The notes below the pieces were generated by a model, which saw only the letters and a list, made by a program, of their open reading frames with translations, made no database searches and was not told the DNA's origin. Positions 1-15,986 of a DNA stretch of 64,000 nucleotides are shown here, in pieces. Source of the DNA: Octopus vulgaris. Its lineage: Eukaryota. Position 1 is the first letter of the stretch. Every line of letters starts with the position of its first letter. Both the position numbers and the translations under genes were made by a program. Where the stretch lies: positions 21,700,001 through 21,764,000 of the forward strand of contig OX597840.1 of the NCBI GenBank assembly GCA_951406725.2. The letters run 5' to 3'.

Positions 1-329
1 TGAGAAGCTGGATGGCTGCCGAGCTCCAATTTCTGCTTTGGCTGGTTTCTACAGCTAGATGCTCTTCCAAACAATAATATTCATAGCAAACATTATATGC
101 ACACAGAGGCAGCCAGGCCAATGGCACAGAGAACACCCAGCACATTTTGTATAAGGGGTTGTCCTTAGGAAGGGTCATCCAGCCATAGAAACGAAGCTAA
201 AACTGACAACTGGAGCCTGACGCAGCTCTCCAGTCAAATAGTCTAACCCATGCCAGCATGGAAAATGGGCATTAAATGGTGATGATGGGGGTTATGTTGA
301 GGTTCACTCAGACTGAGGTTGGTGAACAA

Positions 330-542
330 ATGAAAGAAAATCAGATAAAACATCTGTGGAATTCTCTGGAAGTATTTTCACCACAACAAGATGACTGGCA
401 AATCCAAAATGGTTTTTTATGTATTTTGTTTGTTTCGTGTCTCATTTCAATCAAAATGCTGGTTAAAGAAAGGCCTTGTTGTGTTTGCAAGATAAAAAGA
501 GTGTCTTGCACTTGCTATGGTTTCATATTTGAAGCTGGTTGA
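330..542 (+). pseudogene. Possible decayed DNA-transposon C-terminal Cys-rich fragment (Academ-like)
   Basis: The ORF reads LWNSLEVFSPQQDDWQIQNGFLC...RPCCVCKIKRVSCTC, resembling the SP-x-W-x-NG-L plus Cys cluster tail of large invertebrate transposases. Weak similarity, judged by eye only. Confidence 0.2.
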
Positions 543-1658
543 TGAAGCAAGTCAAAAGGTGAGAATCCCTGCATATAGACGGAGCTTGATGGCTTTGTAT
601 AGACAGACATTTCTACACAGATTAGGACCTGTACAAATCAATGCCACTTCTCCAGAAACTAAAGAAGATTCTATTTATTTGCCATTCTTCACTAACATTT
701 TGTGTCCTCATCATCATCATTGTTTAATGTCTGCCTTCCATGCTGGCATGGGTTGAATGGTTTGACAGGAGTTGGCCAGGTAGAAGACTGCACCAGGCTT
801 CTCTCTATTTTGACACAGGTTTTACATAAGTGCACAAAGACCTAACTCAAGAACCGAACACTGATGTGGACCAACTTTGGGATTCTTCAAATTGTGGAAG
901 CTTTCTCTTTGCAAAGTAATTTACATATTCCTAAAAAAAAGACAAAACAATGGTTTGATTCCAGATTCTCAATATGTTTTGTCATCCATTACACATTGTT
1001 ATCAAATGTTTCACTGGGAGATTTTTTTTCTTCATTCAAAGGCTATTATGATGCAAAGCGCATTGTGACCAGCGATATGTAACAACATCCGATAGTCTGG
1101 TCAATCACATGATAATATATAAATTATTTTTAGGGTTCATTTTATTATTCAGGACACCAAGTGAGAGTCGAGGTCTGCACATCCGTACACACCCTTACAT
1201 AAACTTTCTAAAAAAGGAGCGGGTTGCACCATACGCGTGCATATATGGACATGTCCCTACACCTAAGCATACGTGTACTTCTGTGCACAATTATACACAA
1301 ACATATAAACATAAATGCACATGTAAATATATATCCATGCTCACCAGCGTTCAGGTTCACAGTCCAACATGAGTTTCAGGTCCAATAAGGGAAGGCTCCA
1401 GGTATGGGGGTTTATATATAAGGATGTGTCTGTGTTTGTCTCCCTGTCCATCCCCCCATCGCTTGACAGCCGGTGTTGGTATGTTTGCGTCCCCCGTAAA
1501 CTAGCGGTTTGGCAAAGGAGACCAATAGAATAAATAACAGACTTAGAAAGAATAAGTCCTGGGGTCAATTTTGTTCGACTGAATGTGGTGCTCCAGCATA
1601 GCCACAGTCAAATGATTGAAACAAGTAAAAGTATAAATATATATATACACACACACAC

Positions 1659-2038
1659 AGGCGTGACTGTGTGTCAAGTAGCTTGCTTTTTAACCACATG
1701 GTTCTGGGTTCAGTCCCACTGCATGGCACCTTGGGCAAGTGTCTTCTACATATAGCTTTGAGCCGACCAAAACCTTGCGAGTGGATTTGGTAGACGGAAA
1801 CTGAAAGAAACCCGTGATATATAACAAACACAGACACATAGATATACACATGTATCTGTCCCTACATCATCACTTGACAACCAATGTTGGTGTGTTTCCA
1901 TCCCCCGTAACTTAGCGGTTCGGCAAAAAAAAAACTGATAGAATAAATAAAGTCCTGGGGTTAATTTGTTTGACTAAAACTCTTCGGGACTGTGCTGCAG
2001 CATGGCCACGTTAAAATATCTGAAACACGTATAAGAAT
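1659..2038 (+). mobile_element. tRNA-derived SINE (family A), full length
   Basis: A-box-like GTGTGTCAAG, B-box GGTTCAGTCC, central GGATTTGGTAGACGGAAACTGAAAGAA block and tail CAGCATGGCCAC...TGAAAC. Many other copies occur in the window. Confidence 0.8.
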
Positions 2039-3439
2039 ACACACCCACTGCTCCGATTATCCTCCTTGTTCCGTTTAGAAGGCATCAAAAGCTATCAAAA
2101 TCAAATCCGCTCGTATTTATCTCCCTTGTATCTCAGCTGCTGCTTGTGAGAGCTTCTACTGATGTTTAGCCCTGGGCTGATCTTGATCAAGCATAATACA
2201 TCCTACCTCGAGAGATATCTTGGATTATAATGCAGTGTTTCGATCCTTCATTAAGAGAGTGGGCTATAATTTGATGAGGATGATTTGACTACTACTTCTA
2301 GCAGGTTAAGCAACTATGTCTCAATTCGTAATCTTACACCTAGGTAGCTTGGATTATTTAAAGCATACCATGTTGCTGACCACAAGAGTTCAAACCCCAG
2401 GCTGGTTGGCAAACACTTTATTGGGACAACTGTGTAGCACCTTGGACAAGTATTTTCTATTTTCTACTATAGCCTAGAACAGACCAAAGCCTTGTGAGTG
2501 GAACTGAAAGAAGCCCATCATATGTAATATATATATATACATACACACATATATATATTCTTTTCCTTGTTTCAGTCATTCGACTGCTGCCATACAAACA
2601 CAAACGCTGAGGATTTCTCCTGGCAACCAATATGTACAACATTGCTAAACTATATCACAAAAACTGGATTCTTTTTCAAGCCAACAGATATCAGCTTTGG
2701 TTAGTTGCTGACGATATATAAAACTCAAATAAAATCTCCATTTGAATACAGCTCATCTGTATAGAACGGTGCTGCCATAACAGTCGTTCTAGACTATAAG
2801 CAAAAGAAGGCCACTTAACTAATCAACAGTTATCCACTCGGCAACACTATTAATTCTACCCCATACAGTACATAGTTTCTTATGAAATACCCTATTTTCC
2901 AGCATCCAAGTCAACATAGTGCAAACATCCAGACATTGTCCCTATCTTTTCAAATCCTGCTGCATTTCACGTGGAATGTTTGGTCCTCCAAATTCACCTT
3001 GGTATATAAGTCAACTAACATTTTTTGGCTCTAAAACTTTGACCTGGAAAATTCAACTACACTGCACAGTGGGACTTGAGAGACAAAACCACTTTACAGG
3101 GCACACATCATTGCAGCCGTTCAAGAATTTGGACCTGGAGATCAACATTTCCAGCGACTTCGAGGGCCACCTCCCAGTGGTGTCAGGTGTCAACGAAGAG
3201 CCCTCGACTACAACAAGACGACCAAAGTTTCTTTTTTTTTTCCAAGGTTTAGGGTTTCCCGCCCCTAAGCCCTACACCATCACCTAATCACCCTTACCCG
3301 TCTTGTTGCTTAACAGCAACAACACATCATTGCACATGGTGACTTGCTGTTGAATTACATACCAACAACAATTCTGCTTTGTCTCCTCCATCACCAACAA
3401 AGTTGTGGCTACCATCCACCAGATGCCTCTTGAAGGGTG

Positions 3440-4140
3440 GATTGTGTTGTTCGCAAGAAGAGACTCGAGAGATCTCAATGTGGGGGCTGCTCTACGAAGC
3501 ATGACATTCTGAATGGCTAGTTGAGTCATATGCAAGCAATCCTTTTTGCCTCGATCTCTTCAAACAAGTTGGATAGGATGGTTCTGAAGTGATACCCCAG
3601 AAGGGCAATGCTGCCACTCACCATGCAGATGGTGCTCACTGAACTAAGGCATACCCACCTTGAGGTTGTGATGCTTTTGAGAAACAACTCCTGTCTGGCT
3701 AAGGTTCCAGCTTGGACCATTCAACCATTATTGCTTGGCAACAGCCTGGCACTTCTGCTCTATCAAGTGAGTACACAAACCATTGCTATCTGCAGACTCT
3801 TTGAATTGTGCTTCATCTCCAGACTCTGCAAGGGAGTTAGTGTTGAAATTGAAAGTAAGGAGGTCATTAATGTCGAAGAGACATTGCTAGATGTTAGGTT
3901 GAATTAGATTTGATAGAAAGTGTGGGAGAGAAGGCCCAGCACAGTGACATAGCTAAAGTATGTGCCATTTGTGATAGCCCTTGAGTTTGCTTCCCTCCTG
4001 GGGCCAATACAGCCTATACAAGTTTATACTGCAGGCTCAAAAGTACTGCCCTCATAAAAGCATCACCTGGAGTTGACTGTCCCCCTTGCTCCCTCCCCAG
4101 TTGAACTCGTAATGGTAAAATCATAACCAGGCAACTTAGA
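3440..4140 (+). pseudogene. Decayed RNase H-containing non-LTR retrotransposon fragment (I/Nimb/Ingi-like)
   Basis: One frame with stops gives GGCSTK...SNKLDRMVLK...LTELRHTHLE...IQVYTAGSK. This follows the order WGxS - KLDR - connection - YTDGSK seen at the RT/RNase H junction of such LINEs. Confidence 0.35.
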
Positions 4141-5964
4141 AAGCTCTCGTGTCAGACTTAATAGCAGAGTTTGCTAATATCAAATGCTTTACTTAGTACC
4201 TTGGGTAAGTATCTTCTACTATAGATCTGAGCTGACCAAAGCCATGGAAGTGGCCATTATGGCTTGCTAAGCTTTCTCCATACTTATTGGTTTTTGACTT
4301 GAGTTCCCCATCAGATCAACTGAAACCTTCATCATCATAACTGACAGACTGCCAGTGAGTGAGTGGTTAGGGTTTTGCACTTGCCATTCCAAGACAATGG
4401 TTTCAATTCCTACATTGACAGAGTTTTATTTTTGAGCAAAACACATTGTTTCACATTTCTCCAGTTCACTCAGTTTTAAATGTGTGACCCTGTGACAGAC
4501 TAGCATCATGTTGAGAGGGAATGTTGTGACCTTGCTCACTTACACACCATGGAAACCAGACAACTGGGCCTATGAGTCCTAGAGACCCAAGACAATGATT
4601 TTAAAGGGGTACCTTTACCTATTTGCCTGTCAGCCCTTTCCAAGGGGCACATAAATACTGCATGTTGGCCTCTTGGCACAGCTGTAGGGTATCTGAATTG
4701 TGGCTCATTATGGTACCAGTATCAATTCCTCCTGTGTTCTTGAGTAGATTGGGCAGCAAGTTGATGCCACGGGTTTCTGTTAGCTGCAATTTTCACTACA
4801 TCCAACAATGTGATATTGGCTTCTCTCATGTCAGTTATGAATGTTCTGCATCATATAATTTCTTCCCTCCGATAGTGTTCTGATAGTTGGAGTATGTGAC
4901 CTGTTAGTTTTTGTCTTCATTTTGTGATGATTCCAACAAGCGGTCTTACGTTGGCTCTCTTTGGAATGTTTTCCTTAGTCACGTGGTCTTACTAATACAG
5001 CCACAGAATCCTTCTTATGCATCTTTGATGCTAGACATATCACTTATACAACTGAAACACCCTTTTACATTCCTTTTACTGAACAATGGCTAAAATCTCT
5101 GTGCTTTTAGAAAGTGTTTGTTGATAAGAGACAGGAAATTTTTTTATCAGTGATCTACCATTTAAAATGCTTCTTTGCATGATAAGATGATTGTTGTTTA
5201 TCTCTGGCAAACACTTATGTCCAGTAATTTTAAATACCCTGACTATCATTTTATTACTTAAGATCTACTGATGAATACTTTTGATGATAAAGTTAATTGT
5301 ATGAAACCTTAAGGCATGATGAAAGAATCCTGTATGCCCACTACCTATCTATCTATCTATATACATATATATACACACATATCACTAATTGAAGAACACA
5401 CACATAACATAAATACATTTACATATGAGAAAGAAACAGATTGGAAAAGTGATGGAAAACTAGAGGCTGGAATAAAATGAAGTCGAGCAGCAGTTGAGTT
5501 GCAATAAAAAAGAATTTACACAGATATACTTGTATGTGGGTAGACAGGATTATTTCATCATATGTATATATATATATGATAAATTGAGGGAGTTACTATT
5601 TAAAATGAAAGTGAGAGAGCACAAAGTTGGAGACAGAAAAGAAGAAGACAATAGAGAGAAGAGTAAGGGAGAGAAAGAAGAGAATGAGGTAAAAATAGAG
5701 AGAAGGAAAATTAAAGAAGAAAATAAGGCAAATAAGGTGGAGATATAAACAGATGAAGATTGCATAAACTTAGAGAAAGTAGAGACTGAGACAGGATTAG
5801 AGAAGGAGATGAGGGGAAACTTGTGAGAAAACGATAAAGAGAGACATAACTTGATAACTTGAGAAAGGAGAGAGAGAAAATAGTAAGTTGTTAGAGACTG
5901 GGAAAGAAATGCAGAAAATAAAGTCGAAGATAGAGCTTGAGAAAGAAAGAAAATTAGAGTAGTG

Positions 5965-6340
5965 AAGAAATAGAGAGAATAACGGCGAAGATAGCGCTTG
6001 AGATAAAGAGAAAGGAGAGACGATAGAGAAAGAGAGAGAGACGACGGAGAAGTAGATGCTGGAAAGAGTGCAGTAGAAGTGCAGTTGAGTTGCAGTATAA
6101 AAGCTGTTGGAGTTTATTGGTTTCGTCAGTAAGAAATAGAGAGAATAACGGCGAAGATAGCGCTTGAGATAAAGAGAAACATATTACGATAGAGAGAGAG
6201 ACGACAGAGAAAAAGAAAGATTAGGATAGAGAGAGACGACGGAAAAGTAGATGCTGGAAAGGGTGCAGTTGAAGTGCAGTGGAGGTGCAGTTGAGTTGCA
6301 GCATAAAAGCTGTTGGAGTTTATTGGTTTCATCAGTAAGA
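5965..6340 (+). promoter_or_regulatory. Tandemly duplicated core-promoter-like unit (TATA + Inr)
   Basis: Two diverged copies of about 170 and 205 bp. TATAAAA at 6096 has a TCAGT whose A is at 6128, and CATAAAA at 6302 has a TCAGT whose A is at 6334. Spacing is 32 nt in both. Confidence 0.55.
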
Positions 6341-6378
6341 AGAGTTCCCTTTCTGCTTCCAAGATTCACAAGTTCATG
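6334..6378 (+). other. Candidate short first exon ending in ATG|GTAAGT
   Basis: Begins at the Inr, has ATG at 6376-6378 and a perfect donor GTAAGT at 6379-6384. Confidence 0.45.
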
Positions 6379-6775
6379 GTAAGTGCGTTTATATATTTAT
6401 AAATATATTTATATACGTTTCGCGTGTTTGTATATTGTTCAAGCCATTCCTTTGTCTCGGCACTTGTTTACCACTTTATTTGTTTCACTGTGTGTAACAA
6501 TCGAGAGAAGGCTCGCTCCAAGCCATCCACAACGATCAGCCTCTCGCTTCTCCCTTCCTCCATCTCCTTCGCCAACATCACAACATTGTACTTGCTTCGC
6601 TGCCATCAAGCATCTGGCTTCCTTTCAGTCGTTTGCCGTTTTCGTTTCCCACTCTGTCTTATGCATCCGGTTCTTATGGTGTGCCAGGTAGATCGTGCAG
6701 GCAATAATGGAAACAATAAAGCCCAAAGTAGACGGTGTTTTTGTCTCAGTGAAAAGGTCAAGGCGAAACCTGAGG

Positions 6776-6787
6776 GCCGCCATTTTG
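6776..6787 (-). promoter_or_regulatory. YY1-type motif / Kozak-like start CAAAATGGCGGC
   Basis: Exact GCCGCCATTTTG on the + strand within a locally CpG-rich region. The minus-strand ATG is at 6783. Confidence 0.5.
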
Positions 6788-6829
6788 TCCCACAGCTGAA
6801 GCTGGGATGAAATAACAAGAAAAATCCTA

Positions 6830-7600
6830 ATTAACGCTAATGATCGGCAGTAATTAGCTACATTTGGTATGAAAAAACAATAATAACGACGACAATAATG
6901 AATCATAATAACGACAGGACTATTTGAAATCGCAGGAAACGACGATAGTAGATAATAATCGTCATAATAATTAACAGCAGAAATGAGTAAAATTTGAAAT
7001 AACGACAATAAAAATAGGAATAGTGATAATTAACAGCAATAGTTAGTCATATTTGGAAATATTGATGATATTTCTAATAAATAGAACCACAAAAATTGTG
7101 ATAATCGTAGTGATGGTCACTTTTTTATAGGCTACAAAGTGTAAGGTGTTCTAACATTACTCAAGCACAATGCGATACATTGACTGAGTAACAAAGTGTG
7201 GGGTGTGTTTTGTGTTAATAGTTGTAGTAGGATGCGAGTTAGAATCATATTAAAAATCATAGTAAACAATAATAACGATTAATTTATAGTAGTAGCAGTG
7301 GTAATGCGATAACAAGAAGAATAATTCAGAGTAATTCAACAATAGAAATACTATATGGTAGTATAGTAATGCATCGCTAATGATAATACATAGTAGTAGT
7401 ATAATAACAATAATATGTAGTAGTATTCTAGTATTAGTAAAATATATCGAGTAGTAATAATACAATAATATTAGTATTACAGAAATAATGTTATTTTAGT
7501 TATATAGCAATAAGAACGAATATAGTTGTGAAATAGTAGAAATGATAATGTAATTTTATTGTATGAAAATCTTATTGTAATAATACTAAAATATTGATAA
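6830..7600. repeat. AAT/AGT-rich low-complexity tract
   Basis: Degenerate (AAT)n/(AGT)n trinucleotide composition. Confidence 0.7.
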
Positions 7601-8269
7601 TAGTCCATCGTGTTTTTATTAACGTGATTTTACGTTCCGAGTTCGAATCCCGCTGAGGTCAACTTTGTCTTTTTATCCTTCCGGGGTTGGTAAAGTAAAG
7701 TGCCAATTAAGTATTGTCGATGTTATCGACTATTCCTCTAACCCCCCAAATGTTTGGTCTCCTGACTATCTTAGAAATTGTTCTCATGATTTATTTGCAA
7801 CTTGGAGCCATTTATTTTATACAAAACGTGTTATAAAACGGATTATTGGATGTGTGAGAATGCACGGGGATATATCACCATGTTTACTCGTGTGTAAATA
7901 ACATTATTTATACTTGATTTTTAAACTGAAAAAAACAAAAAAACTTGGGTGCGACTTGCGAGGTAAAACTGAATCAATGAAGGGAGAACACTTTGTATTA
8001 AGATTTAACCCTAAATTAGGGGTGCGACTTAAATAGGAGTAAATACGTTAATTACGAACGAAGAGGGAGCAATGGTGATGTTTAATATAGAAAGACGTAA
8101 AGAATGTAATTACTAATAAAACGGTAAATATGCAACTATATATATGTGTGTGTATGTATATATGTTTGTGTATATGTGTGTACGTGTGTGTGAAAACAGT
8201 TGAACCCTTGTAAATAAATACGGTTAAAACAGGGACGAGAAAACCCAATAAGGGCTGACATTTAGACTG

Positions 8270-9740
8270 GATCAGATCACTTCATGACTCCAACCCGTTT
8301 GTACTCGAGTTTCTTGCATTCAGATTCTAATTCCTTCACTGCTACTACTTCATCCACCTGCTTCTCCTAGGGATCCCCCACTTTAATACGACCACTTGTA
8401 AATCCCTCTGTGTCTTGAGAAAGGAGAGATGGCCCCACTTCCATTTATTGTAGACACCTTTGGTTTGGGCTCGTTATTTTTCTTCTTTGCCACTGTCCTC
8501 TCTTTGCTGTTCACTTGCCACATCTCTCTAGCTTCCATTTGCTCCTCATCATCACAAGATGCTGGGAGTGGGGAAACTTGGGCATCGACAACCCCTGGCA
8601 TTGAGGATGAAGTGATTACCCTTGCCATCCTTGGAGCTGCAATTGGTAATGATTAGGAAACTGTAGCTTCCGAGGCTTGCTGCTGTCCATTGCTTTCTTT
8701 ATTTGCTTTTCTGGCTCCTCGACAGTTCTCAAATGGCTCCCACTGCCATTTGTTAAATGACTGGGCTTCTTACCCCAACTCCACCAGTCTTTCTTTTCGT
8801 TCAGTTTTCTTTCTTCACCTGTGATGAGGTACAGCTGCAGACTGGCTCTGTAGCTTTTGGGAGCAGGGAGTCGTCAAGATCAGCAGTTCATGCAGTTTTC
8901 TAAATGCTGCTTTTCATCATTCCCAATTTGCCGGTTCTCTACTGAAAAGATTATAAATCAAAGGTCAATGTTTACTGCCAATGTCCTTCATTTTGATCCT
9001 TGTGTTCGGCTGTCCTACATGTTGTGGCACCAACATGTGGACATGTGTATGTCACGCACCATCGCATCCTGTTGCCTGTCCCATGCCTAGTCTTAAAGAC
9101 TGGGTACATACCTCCATGCACCCCTACCCTGGTCAGTGGAAATTGCACCCCCTCTAAGGCTGTATTCAACTATTGTTTTGTGGGCAAATGGAAGCCTTTT
9201 CCATTTCTGGCAGGATTGAGGTACATCATTCTCTTAATTTCCAGTCCCCTGATATATTTCAAAGATAAGAAGCCACTGTCCTTTGCACCCTTGCAAAATA
9301 CCACTTTTACGTTCTGGGAGGTGACCTGCATTAACCCTTTTGTTACTGTATTTATTTTGAGATGCTTTGTTTTTCTCTCAGTTACTTTAAATATAACAAA
9401 GAATTTAGTAAAATAACTTAGTTATCATTCAGCTAGTGTTAGGAACATAAATTATGACTAAGGTTTGGTGGAAGATTTGAATTCAAAACTTTTGAAAACA
9501 AGGCATTTGTACTCAGATCCAGAGCCGGTTTCAGCCGGGTTTGTAACAAAAGGGTTAAGGAGTTCCTGTTGGGTGGCAATGACTGAAACTGCTGCTATTA
9601 ATGTTGTCAATGATGTTTTCATTTGAATTGTTCTGTGCTGGGCAAGTATTTATAATCTCAATTTTCTATATTTGGTTAGACTGTTTTCCTTTGTGAGCTG
9701 CACTGTGATGCATCTGAATGAGTAAGCATCTGAATTTTGT
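8270..9740 (-). pseudogene. Decayed coding-like segment, possibly non-LTR retrotransposon ORF1, split by a piggyBac MITE
   Basis: Balanced GC, no simple repeats, broken minus-strand frames (LVPQHVGQPNTRIKMKDIG, then an E/K-rich tail) with many stops. No diagnostic catalytic motif. Confidence 0.25.
9335..9554. mobile_element. piggyBac-type MITE (family 1)
   Basis: TTAA|CCCTTTTGTTAC ... GTAACAAAAGGG|TTAA: TIRs with a TTAA target-site duplication. Confidence 0.85.
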
Positions 9741-10525
9741 GTGTTTAATTTTGTTTTAGCGAGGGGACATGTTTGTTTAAATTGCCTCTACTACCACAGT
9801 GGTCAGCTCCTATTAACACCTCACTGTAAGAAGGGGCCATTTTGTGAAAGCATAAAATTGCCTAAATGTCCACAGACAAATCTTACGTTTTTTTCCACTC
9901 CAAGGACACCTGAACATTCCAAAGCATTCTCTTGTCAAACTAATTAAAAAACAAATTTTTTAAATGAAATAAATCATGATAAACTTTTAATTCCTTCGGG
10001 AACTCCATTACAAATGTTTGCTCATGGCAAAGACAATAACAGCAATGTTTATTTTTATCATTTGCCACAAGTCAAACAGAATAATTATAATTATAATAAT
10101 GACCCTAGTAATAGTAATTATTTTATTTTATGTCTAACTGAAATGATTAGGGATTCTAAGTAGATGAGTAAAATAAACCTGCAAAGACAAGGAACAGAAA
10201 TGGAATAACAAGGATGAATGGGGTCTGAATAATTGTTTGTTGGCCACATAAAATCGTTAGTATTAGGGTCCCTACATACTGGGGATGGACATCAAACAGA
10301 AAACAGATAAAATAACAGATGCTGTAGTTTCAGTATTGTGTGTGTGTGTGTGTGTGTGTGAGTGTGTGTGTGTGTGGATCACTTGAGTAAGATCCAGGAA
10401 AATCGTGATCAATGCCTAGTTAGCATTTAGTATCCATACGGCCTGTATAGAATACTTGAAAGAAAAAAGAATTGATCAATAAAATTTATGTGTTGTTTAT
10501 TGTTGACTGACTTGCTTCTTTGTGC

Positions 10526-11502
<977 letters not shown>

Positions 11503-12573
11503 GATTGATTGATTGATTCTAGTTTCAGCTTATGAGCTGTGGCCATGCTGGGGCACCGCCATTTGGTGTTGCTACTTGGTTTCACTTCATGGAGGCTTTC
11601 TAGCAACTGCTATTTGGTGCATGAGAGAGTTCGATGCAGCTGCCCTCATCTGCCCCTCCTGCCGTGAAGTTGGTTCATCTGGGACACCTGACAGGAAGAG
11701 ATCCAGCTTCATTTTAAAGACATCTGTATCCACCCCATGCAGGTCTCTCAGGTTCTTCGGGAGGATATTGAAGAGCTGTGGGCCTCGGAAGCCCAGGCTA
11801 TCACAGTATCTTGTCCTACATCTTGATGGCAGGTTTGGAGTCCTAGGCACCATGCAGTGGCGCCCAGTTCTGGCATTTGCGTAACTCTCGATGCCAAAGT
11901 TCAGGACACTTCCCTCTAGGATCTTCCAGATGTATATTATGGCATATCTTTCCCGCCTACGCTCCAGGGAATATAATTTTAATCTCTTGAGTCTTTCCCA
12001 GTAGCTTACATTCTGCATAGAGGCTATCTTCTTTGTGTAGCTTCGTTGGATCGCCTCAAGTTCTGTGATCAACTTGACACTGGATGGTGACCATAGCTGA
12101 GAGCAATAGTCAAAGTGGCTTAGGACAAGTGTCTTCCAGAGGACCATCATGGTTTCTTGTTCTCTTGTTCTAAAGGTTCTAAGAATCCATCCAGCCAGCC
12201 GTCTACATTTCATTGTCAGTTTAGCAACATGTACATGAAAGGTCGCGTCATCACTCATGTGAATACCCAGGTCACGCACTGATTGTGCCTCTGGGATTGC
12301 AATCCCTCCGGGTCCAGTGTATTCATTGGGTATTGCATTCAGTTTTGCATGCTGATAGTATAAAGCTTGAAACTTTCCAGCATTGAACTGCATGCTATTC
12401 TTTACAGCCCACTTGTATATTTCGTCCAGCTCACATTGCAGGTGTTTAGTGTCCTCAGGGTTCTGTATTGCCTGTGAAACTTTTGTATCATCTGCATAAC
12501 TTGTGATCGTGGCTCTCTGCGTGGCTGAGGGCATGTCTGAGAGGGCCATTATGAACAGTAGTGGTCCCAGAAC
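11503..12573 (-). mobile_element. 5'-truncated CR1/L2-group LINE (RT C-terminal part, 3' UTR, (CAAT)n tail)
   Basis: Open frame [15 protein letters not shown]...YADDTKV...VRDLGI...DYCSQLWSP...[10 protein letters not shown] to a stop at 11587, then a short UTR and a tetranucleotide tail. Confidence 0.92.
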
Positions 12574-15587
<3,014 letters not shown>

Positions 15588-15759
15588 GCCAGCATAGAAA
15601 ATGGATGTTAAATGATGGTGTATGTGTGTGTGTGTATATGCGTTTATGTATTTGCAAAACAGATTTTGTTATATTTGGGGAATATCTTTTTTCTTTCTTT
15701 TTTTTGCCCAATGAAGCACAAACACCATTTATTTGGTCTTCATGTTTCTTTCGTCATTG

Positions 15760-15985
15760 TTAAGGTGGCCAGCTGGCAGAATTGTCAGCACACCAGGCAA
15801 AATGCTGAGCAGCATTTCATCTGTTTTTTTACTTTCTGAGTTCAAATTCCACCAAGGTCGCCTTTCATCCTTTCGGGGGTCAATAAAATAAGTACCAGTT
15901 GAATACTGGGGTTGATGTAATCGACCATCCTCTCCTCCAAAGTACAGGCTTTGTGCCTATAGTAGAAAGGCTTATTATTATTATT
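15760..15985 (+). mobile_element. SINE family C with Meta/Nin-like central domain
   Basis: AAGGTGGCCAGCTGGCAGAA head, B-box GAGTTCAAATTCC, GCCTTTCATCCTTTCGGGGG..AAAATAAGTACC core and (TTA)n tail. Related copies near 7630, 16775(-), 23050(-), 33200(-), 33630, 45690(-) and 59090. Confidence 0.7.
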
Positions 15986-15986
15986 A

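Noticed and set aside
3230-3910. Endogenous RNA-virus element (T-run plus small hairpin at ~3232-3272, ORFs on both strands)
   Set aside because: No viral motif recognised. LINE RT/RNase H-like motifs explain the segment better.
5494-5765. E/K-rich and hydrophobic ORFs
   Set aside because: By-products of GA-rich low-complexity sequence.
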